A stretch of 64,000 nt of DNA, taken from contig JAFLBB010000007.1 of NCBI GenBank assembly GCA_017304135.1, positions 7,404 through 71,403 of the forward strand, written 5' to 3'. Within the stretch, counting starts at the first letter, position 1. The number at the start of each line of letters is the position of its first letter. Positions 1-10,233 of the stretch are shown here, piece by piece. Made by a program: the position numbers and the translations under genes. The DNA comes from Acidobacteriota bacterium. Lineage in GTDB: Bacteria; Acidobacteriota; Terriglobia; Bryobacterales; Bryobacteraceae. The notes beneath the pieces were generated by a model. It searched no databases, was not told where the DNA came from, and worked only from the letters and a program-made list of their open reading frames with translations.

Positions 1-225
1 CCGGGGCAGTTTCACGATGCACGGTTCCTCGAAGCGCTGCACATGGTGCCGCAAACGGCGCGCAAGCATGGCAAGCTGGCCGGCATTCAGCCGGGGACGC
101 GCGAGCAGGCCGAGGCCTGGATCGCGGCTGGCTACAACGTCATCTCCTACGGCGCCGACGCAGCCGTGTATGGCCGTGCGCTCGGCGAGGGCATCGGCAT
201 GATGCGTTCGCTGGCCCAGCGCTGA
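1..225 (+). CDS. HpcH/HpaI-type aldolase family protein, C-terminal fragment (5' partial at window edge)
   Basis: Frame-1 translation runs from the window start (…FHDARFLEALHMVPQTARKHGKLAGIQPGTREQAEAWIAAGYNVISYGADAAVYGRALGEGIGMMRSLAQR*). This resembles C-termini of 2-keto-3-deoxy-sugar acid aldolases of the HpcH/HpaI family. Call is from motif memory only. Confidence 0.45.
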   Translation, partial: PGQFHDARFLEALHMVPQTARKHGKLAGIQPGTREQAEAWIAAGYNVISYGADAAVYGRALGEGIGMMRSLAQR

Positions 226-291
226 GCGGCGCGCCGGGCGCGGATGAGTATCATAAAAGGTTAGGCCTTACCTGGAAAGGGAATCATCAGC

Positions 292-1023
292 ATGAGTGTG
301 GGAAGCGCGGCACAACCGGCCGCCGGCGCCAAGGCCGCCGGGGACGGGAGCAGACTTTTTCTCTTCTATAACTCGCCTGTGGGCAAGAAGGCGGTGATGG
401 CCGTAACGGGCCTCGTCGGCTTCGGCTTTGTCATCGGCCACATGCTGGGGAATTTGCAAATCTTCCTCGGCCCGGAGGTGATGAACGCCTACGGCATGAA
501 GCTGCATGAAACGCCGCCGCTGCTCTATGGCGCGCGGACGGTGTTGCTCGGCGCCGTGGCGCTGCACATCATCGCCGCCTTGCAGTTGATCAAGATGAAC
601 AGCGACGCGCGGCCCACCAAGTACGCCAAGGTGAGCCCGGTCACCTCGAGCTACGCCTCTCGGACGATGTGGTGGAGCGGACCGATCCTGGGCTTCTTCA
701 TCGTCTACCACCTGCTCCACTTCACCTCCGGAGCGGCCCATCCGAACTTCACCTATCAGGACGCGGCGCGCCACATTCCGGCGCCGTATGAGAACGTGGT
801 GGCGGGCTTTTCCAACCCGCTTGTGTCGCTGTTCTACATCATCGCCATGATTCTGCTCATGCTCCACATCAACCATGGCGCATGGAGCCTGTTTCAATCC
901 CTGGGCCTCAACCATCCGCGCTATACGCCGCTGATCCGCACGGTGGCGCGCACCGCGTCGTACGCGTTGTTGATCGGCAACTGCGCCATCCCGCTGGCCG
1001 TACTGGCGGGCGTTGTGAAATAG
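292..1023 (+). CDS. sdhC: succinate dehydrogenase/fumarate reductase cytochrome b subunit (b558 type)
   Basis: 243 aa polytopic membrane protein with His-bearing helices, sitting immediately upstream of sdhA/sdhB. Its length and hydropathy match the Bacillus-type b558 subunit. Confidence 0.75.
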   Translation: MSVGSAAQPAAGAKAAGDGSRLFLFYNSPVGKKAVMAVTGLVGFGFVIGHMLGNLQIFLGPEVMNAYGMKLHETPPLLYGARTVLLGAVALHIIAALQLIKMNSDARPTKYAKVSPVTSSYASRTMWWSGPILGFFIVYHLLHFTSGAAHPNFTYQDAARHIPAPYENVVAGFSNPLVSLFYIIAMILLMLHINHGAWSLFQSLGLNHPRYTPLIRTVARTASYALLIGNCAIPLAVLAGVVK

Positions 1024-1040
1024 ACGAGGCATCCCTAACC

Positions 1041-2954
1041 ATGAAGCTCGAATCCCGTATCCCGTCAGGCCCCATCGAGAAGAAATGGGACAACTGCCGC
1101 TTCGACATGAAGCTGGTGAATCCGGCCAATAAGAGGAAGTACTCCGTAATTGTGGTCGGCACCGGGCTGGCCGGCGGAGCCGCCGCGGCCACGCTGGGTG
1201 AGCTGGGCTATAACGTCCTCTGCTTCTCCCACCACGACTCGCCGCGCCGCGCGCACTCCATCGCCGCGCAGGGGGGCATCAACGCCGCCAAGAACTACTG
1301 CAACGATGGCGACTCCATCTACCGCCTTTTCTATGACACGGTGAAGGGCGGCGACTTCCGCGCGCGCGAAGCCAATGTCTACCGGTTGGCGCAGATCAGC
1401 GTGGGCATCATCGATCAGTGCGTCGCGCAGGGTGTTCCGTTTGCCCGCGAGTATGGCGGCACGCTGTCCAACCGCAGTTTCGGCGGCGCGCAGGTGTCGC
1501 GCACGTTTTATGCGCGAGGGCAGACGGGGCAGCAGCTTCTGCTGGGCGCCTACCAGGCGCTGGAAAGGCAGATTGACGCCGGTTCGGTGAAGATGTTCAC
1601 GCGCCGCGAGATGCTCGACCTGATCGTCATCGACGGTGTGGCCCGGGGCATCGTGACGCGCGACATGGGCACGGGCAAGCTTGAGGTGACCATCGCCGAC
1701 GCGGTCGTGCTCGGCACGGGCGGCTACGGCAACGTGTTCTATCTTTCGACGAACGCGAAGAACTCCAACGCGACGGCCATCTGGCGGGCCTACAAGCGGG
1801 GGGCGGCATTCGGCAATCCTTGCTTCACGCAGATTCACCCCACCTGCATTCCGGTGTCGGGCGATTACCAGTCGAAGCTGACACTGATGTCGGAATCGCT
1901 GCGCAACGATGGCCGCATTTGGGTGCCTCTCAAGAAAGGCGATGCGCGGGCGGCGGATCAGATTCCCGAAGCCGAGCGCGATTACTTTCTCGAACGCCGC
2001 TACCCGAGCTTCGGTAACCTCGTGCCGCGAGACGTGGCTTCGCGCAACGCCAAGATGGTGTGCGACGAAGGCCGCGGCGTGGGGCCGGGCGGCTACGGCG
2101 TCTATCTCGATTTCGCCGACTCCATTCGCCGCCTCGGCGCAAGCACGATTCGCGAGCGCTACGGCAACCTGTTTGAGATGTACGACCGCATCACGGGCGA
2201 AGATCCGTACAGCGTCCCGATGCGCATCTATCCGGCCGTGCACTACACGATGGGCGGGCTGTGGGTGGATTACCGGTTGCAGTCGACCATTCCCGGCCTG
2301 TTCGTGATCGGCGAGGCGAACTTCTCCGATCACGGCGCCAACCGGCTTGGCGCGAGCGCCCTGATGCAGGGCCTGGCCGATGGCTACTTCGTGCTGCCGT
2401 ATACGATCGGCGACTATCTGGCCAACACCAAGCTTGCCAAGGCCGATGAGTCGCATGTGGCCGCGCGCGAGGCGCTGGGCAATGTCGAGAACCTGACGAA
2501 GAAGATGCTCGGCATCCGCGGCAAGCGCACCGTGGACAGCTTCCACAAGGAGCTGGGCAAGTACATGTGGGAATACTGCGGCATGGCGCGCACGGACAAG
2601 GGCTTGCAGTTTGCCATGGGCAAGATCGCCGAGTTGCGCGAGGAGTATTGGAAGAACGTGAACATCCTCGGCTCGAACGAGGAGATCAACCAATCGCTTG
2701 AACGAGCGGGACGCGTGGCCGACTTCATCGAGTTAGGCGAGCTGATGTGCCGCGACGCGCTGGAACGGCGCGAATCCTGTGGCGGACATTTCCGCGAGGA
2801 GTGGCAGACGCCGGAGGGCGAGGCGCAGCGCGACGACGAGAACTTTTCCCACGCCGCCGCCTGGCTCTACCAGGGCGATGGCAAAACGCCGGAGCGCCTC
2901 GTGGAGCCGCTCGAGTTCGAATACGTCCACCCCAGCCAGCGCAGCTACAAGTAG
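1041..2954 (+). CDS. sdhA: succinate dehydrogenase/fumarate reductase flavoprotein subunit
   Basis: N-terminal FAD dinucleotide fold ([21 protein letters not shown]). The [14 protein letters not shown] covalent-FAD His region and the SdhA/FrdA catalytic motifs (HYTMGG, ANRLGA) are present. Start chosen at ATG 1041 ([10 protein letters not shown]…); the longer ORF from 882 overlaps sdhC. Confidence 0.9.
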   Translation: MKLESRIPSGPIEKKWDNCRFDMKLVNPANKRKYSVIVVGTGLAGGAAAATLGELGYNVLCFSHHDSPRRAHSIAAQGGINAAKNYCNDGDSIYRLFYDTVKGGDFRAREANVYRLAQISVGIIDQCVAQGVPFAREYGGTLSNRSFGGAQVSRTFYARGQTGQQLLLGAYQALERQIDAGSVKMFTRREMLDLIVIDGVARGIVTRDMGTGKLEVTIADAVVLGTGGYGNVFYLSTNAKNSNATAIWRAYKRGAAFGNPCFTQIHPTCIPVSGDYQSKLTLMSESLRNDGRIWVPLKKGDARAADQIPEAERDYFLERRYPSFGNLVPRDVASRNAKMVCDEGRGVGPGGYGVYLDFADSIRRLGASTIRERYGNLFEMYDRITGEDPYSVPMRIYPAVHYTMGGLWVDYRLQSTIPGLFVIGEANFSDHGANRLGASALMQGLADGYFVLPYTIGDYLANTKLAKADESHVAAREALGNVENLTKKMLGIRGKRTVDSFHKELGKYMWEYCGMARTDKGLQFAMGKIAELREEYWKNVNILGSNEEINQSLERAGRVADFIELGELMCRDALERRESCGGHFREEWQTPEGEAQRDDENFSHAAAWLYQGDGKTPERLVEPLEFEYVHPSQRSYK

Positions 2955-2971
2955 AGGGAGCCAGAAACGAG

Positions 2972-3745
2972 ATGAAGATCACTTTGCATGTCTGGCGGCA
3001 GAAAGACCGCAACGCGCAGGGCAAGCTGGTGCGCTATGAATGCCCGAATGTGAGCGAGCACATGAGCTTCCTGGAAATGCTCGACGTGCTGAATGAGGAC
3101 CTGACGACAAAGGGCGAGGATCCGGTTGCCTTTGAGCATGATTGCCGCGAGGGCATTTGCGGTTCGTGCGGCATCGTGATCAATGGCGTGGCCCATGGCC
3201 CGATGCCGGGCACTACGGTCTGCCAGCTTCACATGCGCCATTTCAAGGATGGCGATGAACTCTACCTGGAACCGTGGCGCGCCAAGGCGTTTCCCGTGAT
3301 GAAGGACCTGATTGTCGATCGCGGGGCGTTTGACCGCATCATCGCCGCCGGCGGCTACATCAGCGTGCCGGCCGGCTCGGCGCCCGACGGCAACGCCATC
3401 CCCGTGCCCAAAGAGGACTCGGACCGCGCCATGGATGCGGCCCAGTGCATCGGCTGTGGGGCGTGCGTGGCGGCCTGTCCGAACGCCTCGGCATCGCTGT
3501 TTACGTCGGCGAAGATCTCTCACCTCGGCCTGCTGCCGCAAGGCCAGCCCGAGCGGTACGAGCGCGCGCTCAACATGGTCCAGCAGATGACGATCGAGGA
3601 GTTCGGCGCTTGCGGCAACATCGGTGAGTGCGAGGCGGTATGCCCGAAACGCATCTCCATTGAGAACATTGCCCGCATGCATCGCGACTACATGAACGGG
3701 GCCTTCTCGGCCCGGCCCAACGCTGAGGCTGGCAGCGCGGGCTGA
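2972..3745 (+). CDS. sdhB: succinate dehydrogenase/fumarate reductase iron-sulfur subunit
   Basis: N-terminal 2Fe-2S region ([10 protein letters not shown]) and C-terminal ferredoxin-type clusters ([12 protein letters not shown]; [12 protein letters not shown]). GGGAG Shine-Dalgarno upstream of ATG 2972. The ORF-track start at 2747 is an out-of-context extension overlapping sdhA. Confidence 0.9.
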   Translation: MKITLHVWRQKDRNAQGKLVRYECPNVSEHMSFLEMLDVLNEDLTTKGEDPVAFEHDCREGICGSCGIVINGVAHGPMPGTTVCQLHMRHFKDGDELYLEPWRAKAFPVMKDLIVDRGAFDRIIAAGGYISVPAGSAPDGNAIPVPKEDSDRAMDAAQCIGCGACVAACPNASASLFTSAKISHLGLLPQGQPERYERALNMVQQMTIEEFGACGNIGECEAVCPKRISIENIARMHRDYMNGAFSARPNAEAGSAG

Positions 3746-3753
3746 GGCCTCAC

Positions 3754-4392
3754 GTGCGCTTGTCCGCCGCACTGATCGCGTTCACTCTCGCAGCCTATGC
3801 CGCGCCCTTGGAGAAAGCGCCGCTGGGCGACGGCTGGTTCCCGATTGTCATCGTTGAGGTGACCGGTCCCGGTCAGGCGCCGGGTTGGACGGCCGTGGAA
3901 GTGGTTGAGGTGGTGCGCGGGGACCGCATTGAGGGCGCATGGCAAGCCTCGCTGGGCGGCTTCCCTGCCCGCCGCGGCGACCGCCTGCTGCTGTTCTACG
4001 CGCGTTCACGCGACAGCGGTCGCATTCTGCTGCCGCTGCATACCTATGAAGCCAACGACGAGAACGTGCGCTATGTGCGAACGAAGATGGCGATGGGGCC
4101 GCGAACGCGCCTGTTGCAGTTTCCCCTGCTGATCATCGCCATCATCGGCGCGCCGCTGGCCGGGCTGACGGCGATCATTTTCCGCAAGCCCTCGATTGGC
4201 GTTTGGGGTGTGCTGGCCGGACTCGCGGCGGGGTTGGCCTACGAGACTGGCGTGCCGAAACACACCAGCATCCGGGCCGATTGGCTGATGATGGCGCCCG
4301 CGCTGGCGGGCACCGCGCTCATGATCGTGATGGCACGCCACCGGGCGCGTGCCGCTACGATGTCACCTTCATCGACACCGGATCCCACGTGA
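3754..4392 (+). CDS. hypothetical membrane protein (signal peptide plus C-terminal TM helices)
   Basis: N-terminal signal-like MRLSAALIAFTLAAYAAPLE and two or three hydrophobic C-terminal helices. No recognisable family; may be real or a GC-driven ORF. Confidence 0.3.
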   Translation: MRLSAALIAFTLAAYAAPLEKAPLGDGWFPIVIVEVTGPGQAPGWTAVEVVEVVRGDRIEGAWQASLGGFPARRGDRLLLFYARSRDSGRILLPLHTYEANDENVRYVRTKMAMGPRTRLLQFPLLIIAIIGAPLAGLTAIIFRKPSIGVWGVLAGLAAGLAYETGVPKHTSIRADWLMMAPALAGTALMIVMARHRARAATMSPSSTPDPT

Positions 4393-5626
4393 GCAGGCGG
4401 TTCTCGTAGAGGCTCTGGTTAGAGAGCAGCGCCGGGGCGGCTGCGCGCATACCAAACACGGCGTCTTCCAAGTGAGGCGTGCGGGTGCGCACGGCGGTCC
4501 AGAACGCGCGGTGATGGTCGTGATGGGCGCTGTAGCCCGAGCCGGCGTTGTAGACGTCTTCCTTGTCTTGCCGCAATCCGGCTGCGCTGGGGGCCGCGGC
4601 GGGATACTTCTTGCGGTAATCGGCGATGTACTTCGCCTGCGTGGCTTTGGTGAAGGTGTCGATGGTGAAGCCCGGCTCGGTTTCGCGCGGGCGGCGGCGC
4701 AGGCTCACGGTCGTGTAGCCAATCTCGATCACGCCTTCGCTGCCGATGAGCCGCGTACCAAAGCTCTCCAGTTGCCCGCCGCTGGCGAAGTTGACCTTGA
4801 GCGTGAGCGTGAACTCGGGATGTGCGTCGGTCTTCGGATAGTCGAGCAGGGCGAGGTTGACGTCGGGCACATCGCGGCCATCCTTCCAGTAGCGCGTGCC
4901 GCCGGTGGAGTAGACCCGCACGGGGCCGAGCGAGTTGACGGCGAAGTGAAGACCGCTGAGCAGGTGGATGTAGAGATCGCCGGCGAGGCCGGTGCCGTAG
5001 TCCTGGTAGTTGCGCCAGCGGAAGAAGCGCATGGCATCGAAGGGGCGCTTGGGGGCGATGTCGCCGAGGTAGCGGTCCCAATCGACGGTCTCGGGCGAGG
5101 CGTCGGGGGGAATCGAATACTGCCAGGCGCCGATGGCGGAGTTGCGGTCGAGCCACGACTCGACCATGTTCAATTCGCCGATGGCGCCGGAGGTAAGAAG
5201 CTGCTTGGCCTTGTGGTAGGTTTGCGAACTCACATACTGGCTGCCGACCATGAAGATGCGCCCGGTCTTCTTCTGCGCGGCGATGACGTCGTAGCCTTGG
5301 GCGATCTTCTGCACCATGGGCTTCTGGCAATAGACGTCCTTACCGGCGTTCATGGCGTCGATGGAGATGCGCGAGTGATAGTGATCCGGCGTGGCAATGA
5401 TGACGGCGTCGACGTCCTTGCGCGCGAGCACTTCGCGGTAGTCGCGCGTGGTGAAGACGTGCGAGCCGAAGCTCTCTTTCATGCGCGTGAGGCGGCCGTT
5501 ATAGAGGTCCGCCGCGGCGACGATCTGAGCCCCGCCGTGATCAATCGCGTTGCGGGCATCGCCCATGCCCATGCCGCCGGAGCCGATGAGGGCGAATTGG
5601 ATTTTGTCGTTTGCTGATTGTGCCAT
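4355..5626 (-). CDS. Gfo/Idh/MocA family oxidoreductase (cytoplasmic paralog)
   Basis: N-terminal Rossmann motif IGSGGMG and DYREVL…VDAVIIATPDHYH…GKDVYCQKP, typical of Gfo/Idh/MocA proteins. About 420 aa. Confidence 0.85.
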   Translation of the reverse strand: MAQSANDKIQFALIGSGGMGMGDARNAIDHGGAQIVAAADLYNGRLTRMKESFGSHVFTTRDYREVLARKDVDAVIIATPDHYHSRISIDAMNAGKDVYCQKPMVQKIAQGYDVIAAQKKTGRIFMVGSQYVSSQTYHKAKQLLTSGAIGELNMVESWLDRNSAIGAWQYSIPPDASPETVDWDRYLGDIAPKRPFDAMRFFRWRNYQDYGTGLAGDLYIHLLSGLHFAVNSLGPVRVYSTGGTRYWKDGRDVPDVNLALLDYPKTDAHPEFTLTLKVNFASGGQLESFGTRLIGSEGVIEIGYTTVSLRRRPRETEPGFTIDTFTKATQAKYIADYRKKYPAAAPSAAGLRQDKEDVYNAGSGYSAHHDHHRAFWTAVRTRTPHLEDAVFGMRAAAPALLSNQSLYENRLLTWDPVSMKVTS

Positions 5627-5635
5627 GGCGCTTCC

Positions 5636-6985
5636 CTACCCCACGATTTCCATCTTCACCGGATCCCAATTGATGATCTTCTTGTCGAAGTAGCTCTGGT
5701 TGCACAGAAGCGCCGGACCGGCGGCGCGGAAGCCGAACATGGCGTCTTCAACGACGGGCGTGCGTGTGCGAACGGCGTTGACAAAGATCTCGTGGTGATG
5801 GCGGTGGTCGCTGTAACCGGGCGGCTGCGGGTAACGCTCCATCTGCTTGGGGCGCATGGCGTCGGCGGTGACGCGCCGCGGCGGATACTGCTTGCGGTAC
5901 TCGGCGAGGAACTTCTCCTGGGTGGCCTCGGCAAAGGTGCCGATCGTGTGGCCGGGCTCGGTCTCTTTCGGTTGGCGGGCGAGCGTGACGTCGCCGGGGT
6001 TCACCGTGAGCACGCCTTCGTCGCCGATAAAGCGGAACGTATGGCTGCCGCCCGAGCCATCGACGAAGTTGACACGCAGGATGAGGTTGAAGGCCGGGTG
6101 GTTCTTCGTTTCGGGATAGTCGAAGAGGCCAACCATGATGTCGGGCACGTCGCGGCCATCTTTCCAATAGCGCAGTCCGCCGGTGGCATAGATGCGCGTG
6201 GGGCCGACAGCGCCGGTGATGGCGTGCATGCCGCTAAACAGGTGGACGAAGAGGTCGCCGGTGACGCCGGTGCCATAGTCGCGGTAGTTGCGCCAGCGGA
6301 AGAGGCGCATGGCCTCGAAGGGGCGCTTGGGTGCCGAGCCGAGGAAGCGATCCCAATCAATGTGGTCCGGCGTGGCGTCGTGCGGGATGGAATATTGCCA
6401 GGCGCCAAGGGCGGAGTTGCGGTCCCACCAGGCTTCGATCATGTTGAACTTGCCGATGGAACCGGCGCGAACGAGTTCACCGGCCTTGGCGTAGACGACG
6501 GAACTGACGCGCTGGCTGCCCACCTGCAGGATGCGCTTTGTGCGCTGCTGGGCTTCGATGAGCGCCTTGCCTTCGCCGATTTGCTGCACCATCGGCTTTT
6601 CGACATAGACATCCTTGCCTGCGTTCATGGCGTCGATGGAGATCTTCTGGTGCCAGTGGTCGGGGGTGCCGACGATGACGAAGTCGACATCGGGGCGGGC
6701 CAGCACCTCACGGTAGTCGCGCGAAGTGAAGACCTGCTGGCCGTACTTCTCTTTCATCGCGTCGAGCCGGCCCTGATAGACGTCGGCGGCGGCGACGATT
6801 TCCACCTGCCCGGTGGCGAGGGTGGATTGCAAGTCAGCATGCCCCATGCCCCCGCAGCCGATGAGGGCGACCTGGAGTTTGTCGTTGGCCGAAGGTGGCC
6901 TTGGGGTTTGGGCGGGAAGGGCGGCGGTGAAGGCCGCACCGGCTGCACTGGATTGCAGAAAACGTCTGCGGGATGCGTGCGTCAT
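5636..6985 (-). CDS. Gfo/Idh/MocA family oxidoreductase with Tat signal (periplasmic paralog)
   Basis: Tat motif SRRRFLQSSAAGAAFTAALPA. Then IGCGGMG … DYREVL … VDFVIVGTPDHWH … GKDVYVEKP, collinear with the downstream paralog. Confidence 0.85.
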   Translation of the reverse strand: MTHASRRRFLQSSAAGAAFTAALPAQTPRPPSANDKLQVALIGCGGMGHADLQSTLATGQVEIVAAADVYQGRLDAMKEKYGQQVFTSRDYREVLARPDVDFVIVGTPDHWHQKISIDAMNAGKDVYVEKPMVQQIGEGKALIEAQQRTKRILQVGSQRVSSVVYAKAGELVRAGSIGKFNMIEAWWDRNSALGAWQYSIPHDATPDHIDWDRFLGSAPKRPFEAMRLFRWRNYRDYGTGVTGDLFVHLFSGMHAITGAVGPTRIYATGGLRYWKDGRDVPDIMVGLFDYPETKNHPAFNLILRVNFVDGSGGSHTFRFIGDEGVLTVNPGDVTLARQPKETEPGHTIGTFAEATQEKFLAEYRKQYPPRRVTADAMRPKQMERYPQPPGYSDHRHHHEIFVNAVRTRTPVVEDAMFGFRAAGPALLCNQSYFDKKIINWDPVKMEIVG

Positions 6986-7094
6986 GGTGTGATTTCATTC
7001 TACCGCCACCGCCGCGCCGGATTGGTCCGCGCAGCCTGATTCTGTTGCGGTTGGTGCATCCGCATGGTATGGTGAAAAGGTTGTCCCTCAGAGC

Positions 7095-7170
<76 letters not shown>

Positions 7171-7568
7171 CTCTTCCCTCCGGCACTACACATCCTCCTG
7201 TTCGATCTTCCTTCGACCGCCGTTCCCGGCTTGTGGCATGCCTGGCCGAGGCCTGTCGCGTGGATCGACCGGGAGTGTTGTGACATGACAACTGGGCCTC
7301 GCGCGTTTGGTGCAGGTCACGGTCGCATGTCCCGGTTGCATGCCAGCGGGAGAGCACTGGCCGAGGTGGGAGGGTAGGTCGAGAGCATACGCTGCTCCGA
7401 CGACCGACTCCAGCGAGACGGGGAGGCTGGAGTGGGGAATGGAGAGCGTGATGGGGCGGGCTCCGGCTAAGGGTGAAGATGGGGGAGACAACGTGCTGAT
7501 TTCCTACATCTCAATACAGGACAAAGTAGACCTGAATCATCCACTTACTCCAATCCTGCTGTGTTTCG

Positions 7569-7599
7569 CCACTGCGTAGCGTTTGCAGTGGTTTATATA
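7569..7599 (+). terminator. hairpin with T/A-rich tail (terminator-like) in the noncoding stretch downstream of tRNA-Lys
   Basis: ccactgc-GTAGCGTTT-gcagtgg followed by TTTATATA. Confidence 0.3.
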
Positions 7600-7767
7600 C
7601 GCCACGCAACGGAAGCATGCCCCACCCCTCTTGGGTGATTACTCTCAGCCCACACGGTGGGGCAGAGGAAACCAAGCGGAACCCCCTAGAAAGGGCATTT
7701 TTTGCGCAGTGGCATACCGATTGCTTCCGAGTGCGAGCGAGTGGAAAGCTCACCAAACTGATCCGGT

Positions 7768-8241
7768 ATGGCAGCCATGCAGCTTACTCGAGCCGCCGAT
7801 TACGCCGTCCGCGTGATGATCACGCTGGCGGGCATGCCGCCGGGTGCGCGCGCCAGCCGCGAGTCGCTTGCTGGAGCGGCCGAGGTTCCCTCGCAGTTCC
7901 TGGGAAAGGTGTTGCAGGCGTTGACGCGCTCGCAGCTGATTGTTTCGCATCGTGGCTCACGGGGCGGCTTCTCGCTGGCCCGTCCCTCTTCCAACATCTC
8001 CATGCTCGACGTGGTGCAGTCCATTGAGGGCCCCATCCAGTTGAATGTCTGCCTGGGACAGGACGACGCTTGCGGCCGCCGCTGGTTCTGCAGTGCGCAT
8101 GAGGTATGGCGGACAGCGCAGGCGGTGTTGAGCGGCGTGCTGCAAAGCGCCAAGTTGGACCGGTTGGCGGCCGACGCCCTGCAGAGAAGAAGGCTGGGCG
8201 AGCCGTGCCCGATCCGCGCCGAGGAGATTGCATGGAGCTGA
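7768..8241 (+). CDS. Rrf2 family transcriptional regulator (three-Cys, IscR/NsrR-like)
   Basis: MQLTRAADYAVRVM… wHTH N-terminus typical of Rrf2. A C-x6-C-x5-C cluster (CLGQDDACGRRWFC) sits where IscR/NsrR ligate an Fe-S cluster. It heads the bc-cbb3 gene string. Confidence 0.85.
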   Translation: MAAMQLTRAADYAVRVMITLAGMPPGARASRESLAGAAEVPSQFLGKVLQALTRSQLIVSHRGSRGGFSLARPSSNISMLDVVQSIEGPIQLNVCLGQDDACGRRWFCSAHEVWRTAQAVLSGVLQSAKLDRLAADALQRRRLGEPCPIRAEEIAWS

Positions 8242-8420
8242 CCTGGGTGACCATCGCCGCCAGCCTGTGCATGGGCCTGGGAGCCGCCATGTTGTTTGTG
8301 TTCGCCGTGAAGAAGGACTGGTTCCGCGACATTGAAGACGCCAAGTACCACATGTTCTGGGCTGAGCTCCAGGACCTGGTGGACCATCCAGACACGAAGC
8401 AGGAGAAGAAATGCCCGTAA
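8232..8420 (+). CDS. ccoS: cbb3-type cytochrome oxidase maturation protein CcoS/FixS-like (62 aa, single TM)
   Basis: ATG 8232 with GAGGAG Shine-Dalgarno. [39 protein letters not shown] resembles the CcoS consensus (TM helix followed by F-x-WA-x-K-x-x-Q-F/Y-DD). Overlaps the end of the Rrf2 gene. Confidence 0.5.
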   Translation: MELTWVTIAASLCMGLGAAMLFVFAVKKDWFRDIEDAKYHMFWAELQDLVDHPDTKQEKKCP

Positions 8421-8905
8421 ACCTGAGGAGAAGCAGTGGCGCCAATACCGAACAAGGGGAGGGCGGGCATCGCCGCGCCTTCCTGGGATGGCTCACCAGC
8501 GTGGGTCTGTTCGGCTCGGCGGTGTTGAGCGCATTTTCCAATTTCGTATTCATCAAACCGCGCGCCACCTACGGCGCGCCGCAGCGGTTCAGCATCGGCA
8601 AGCCGGAGGATTTCCCGGCGGGGACGCGCATTGCCATCGAATCGCGCCGCATCTGCGTGGTGCGGGAAGGCGAGAAACTGGCGGCGATCTCCACCACCTG
8701 CACGCACCTGGGCTGCATCATCGGCATCAGCGACACGGGGTTTGCCTGTCCCTGCCATGGTTCGCGTTTCGATCAGGATGGCAATGTGACCGGTGGCCCG
8801 GCGCCGAGGCCGCTGCCCTGGTACAAGGTCTCGCTCGCGCCGAATGGCGAGGTCGAGGTGGACAAGGACGTTGAGATCGAGCCGGGGAGCTACCTGAACG
8901 TATGA
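8411..8905 (+). CDS. Rieske [2Fe-2S] iron-sulfur subunit of a cytochrome bc-type complex
   Basis: Rieske boxes CTHLGC and CPCHGS, a Tat-like N-terminus and one TM helix. AGGAGAAG Shine-Dalgarno upstream. Confidence 0.9.
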   Translation: MPVNLRRSSGANTEQGEGGHRRAFLGWLTSVGLFGSAVLSAFSNFVFIKPRATYGAPQRFSIGKPEDFPAGTRIAIESRRICVVREGEKLAAISTTCTHLGCIIGISDTGFACPCHGSRFDQDGNVTGGPAPRPLPWYKVSLAPNGEVEVDKDVEIEPGSYLNV

Positions 8906-10224
8906 GCGCCGCAACACCTCCCAAACCCGCGCCGCCGGCGCACAAACCGTCGCTGGTTGGCTCGCTGCTGTCGCTGCCTGCCAACGTCTGGAGCTCGATC
9001 TTCCGCAACCCGCTTCCGGGCAACGACGTGGAGCGCTCAGCCACCAGCTTCACCAACTTCTTCCTGCACATTCATCCGGTCAAGGTGCATCAGAACACGC
9101 TGCGCCCGCTCTACACGCTCGGTCTGGGCCTGATGTCATTCTTCCTGTTCATCATCCTCGTGGTGACCGGCATCCTTCTTATGTTTTACTACGTGCCGTC
9201 CACCACGCAGGCCTACGACCGCATGCTTGACCTGCGCGGCTCAGTCGCGTTTGGCACCTTCCTTCGCAACATGCACCGTTGGGGAGCGCACGGCATGGTG
9301 GCCATCGTCTTTCTTCACATGTGCCGGGTGTTCTTCACGGGGTCATACAAGAAGCCGCGGGAGTTCAACTGGGTGATCGGCGTTCTATTACTGCTGGTGA
9401 CCTTGTTCCTGAGCTTCACGGGATACCTGCTGCCGTGGGATCAGTTGGCCTTCTGGGCCATCACTGTGGGCGCGGCCATTGCCGGCTACGCACCGGTGGT
9501 GGGTAAAGACATGCAGTTCCTGCTGTTGGGTGACGCTAACGTCGGCCAGGAAGCGCTGCTCCGCTTCTATGTGCTGCACGTGGCGGTTCTGCCGGCGGTG
9601 CTGACGCTGCTCATCGCCATTCACTTCTGGCGCATCCGGAAAGACGGCGGCCTGTCGCGCCCTGCCGAAAGCGAGGTCCAACCGGAGATCCTCTCCGCGC
9701 CCGGCGCCGACGTTGTGGTGACCGTAAAGGCGGTCCAACTGGAGCCCAAGAGGACGTACGGACTGCAGGGCCTGGTGCGCGGGCCACTCATCAAAACCGG
9801 CAACGTGCCTGACCGCTCCGTCTTCTCCTGGCCCAACCTGCTCGTCGCCGAACTGTTCACCTTCATTCTGACGCTGTCGGTGATTCTAGTGGTCTCGCTT
9901 CTCTTCGACGCACCGCTTGAAGAGCCGGTAAACGTGATGCATCCGCCCAACCCGGCCAAAGCGCCGTGGTATTTCCTCGGGCTGCAGGAGATGGTCAGCT
10001 ATTCAGCGTTCTGGGGCGGCATCGGCATTCCCACGCTGTTTGTGATCGGCCTGTTGATTGCCCCCTATCTCGACCGCGCCCCCGGCGGCGTGGGCAAGTG
10101 GTTCGCCCGCGAGCGCCTGCTGGCCAACACGACGTTTCTCACCTTTGTCGTCGTGAACGTGATCCTCGTGATCATCGGCACACTGTTCCGAGGCCCCAAC
10201 TGGGCCTTCGTCACCCCCTGGTAA
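8902..10224 (+). CDS. cytochrome b (fused b6/subunit IV type) of the bc complex
   Basis: 440 aa polytopic protein with bis-His helices (…[23 protein letters not shown]…[13 protein letters not shown]…). Start overlaps the Rieske stop (ATGA). Confidence 0.9.
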   Translation: MSAATPPKPAPPAHKPSLVGSLLSLPANVWSSIFRNPLPGNDVERSATSFTNFFLHIHPVKVHQNTLRPLYTLGLGLMSFFLFIILVVTGILLMFYYVPSTTQAYDRMLDLRGSVAFGTFLRNMHRWGAHGMVAIVFLHMCRVFFTGSYKKPREFNWVIGVLLLLVTLFLSFTGYLLPWDQLAFWAITVGAAIAGYAPVVGKDMQFLLLGDANVGQEALLRFYVLHVAVLPAVLTLLIAIHFWRIRKDGGLSRPAESEVQPEILSAPGADVVVTVKAVQLEPKRTYGLQGLVRGPLIKTGNVPDRSVFSWPNLLVAELFTFILTLSVILVVSLLFDAPLEEPVNVMHPPNPAKAPWYFLGLQEMVSYSAFWGGIGIPTLFVIGLLIAPYLDRAPGGVGKWFARERLLANTTFLTFVVVNVILVIIGTLFRGPNWAFVTPW

Positions 10225-10233
10225 GGAGAGCCC

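Noticed and set aside
882-1040. N-terminal extension of the sdhA ORF (ORF-track start 882). Similar extensions: sdhB (2747), HU (29104), SnoaL-like (33880), CpaB (51555), RNase R (63642).
   Set aside because: The extensions overlap upstream genes or divergent neighbours and lack conserved N-terminal motifs. Internal starts with a Shine-Dalgarno were preferred.
1065-2693. 542-aa minus-strand ORF antisense to sdhA. Other long antisense ORFs of the same kind: 2945-3772 -, 4349-5617 +, 5618-7039 +, 12836-13861 -, 14471-16408 -, 17080-18567 -, 19748-21205 -, 23115-24986 -, 30962-32548 +, 37510-38568 -, 41695-43437 -, 45831-46778 -, 57358-58443 +, 53667-54566 +.
   Set aside because: These are shadow ORFs typical of ~68% GC DNA. 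They lie opposite genes with strong family signatures, have Arg/Ala/Gly/Pro-skewed low-complexity translations, and carry no motifs or RBS.
3754-4392. Possible linkage of the 212-aa membrane ORF to the sdh operon as a fourth (anchor) subunit
   Set aside because: The b558-type SdhC upstream is already a single large anchor. The ORF has a cleavable-signal-like N-terminus and no His pattern for heme; kept only as a low-confidence hypothetical.
7300-7560. Small ORFs (74-101 aa) in the tRNA-Lys downstream region
   Set aside because: Overlapping, on both strands, no RBS or domain signals; treated as noncoding.
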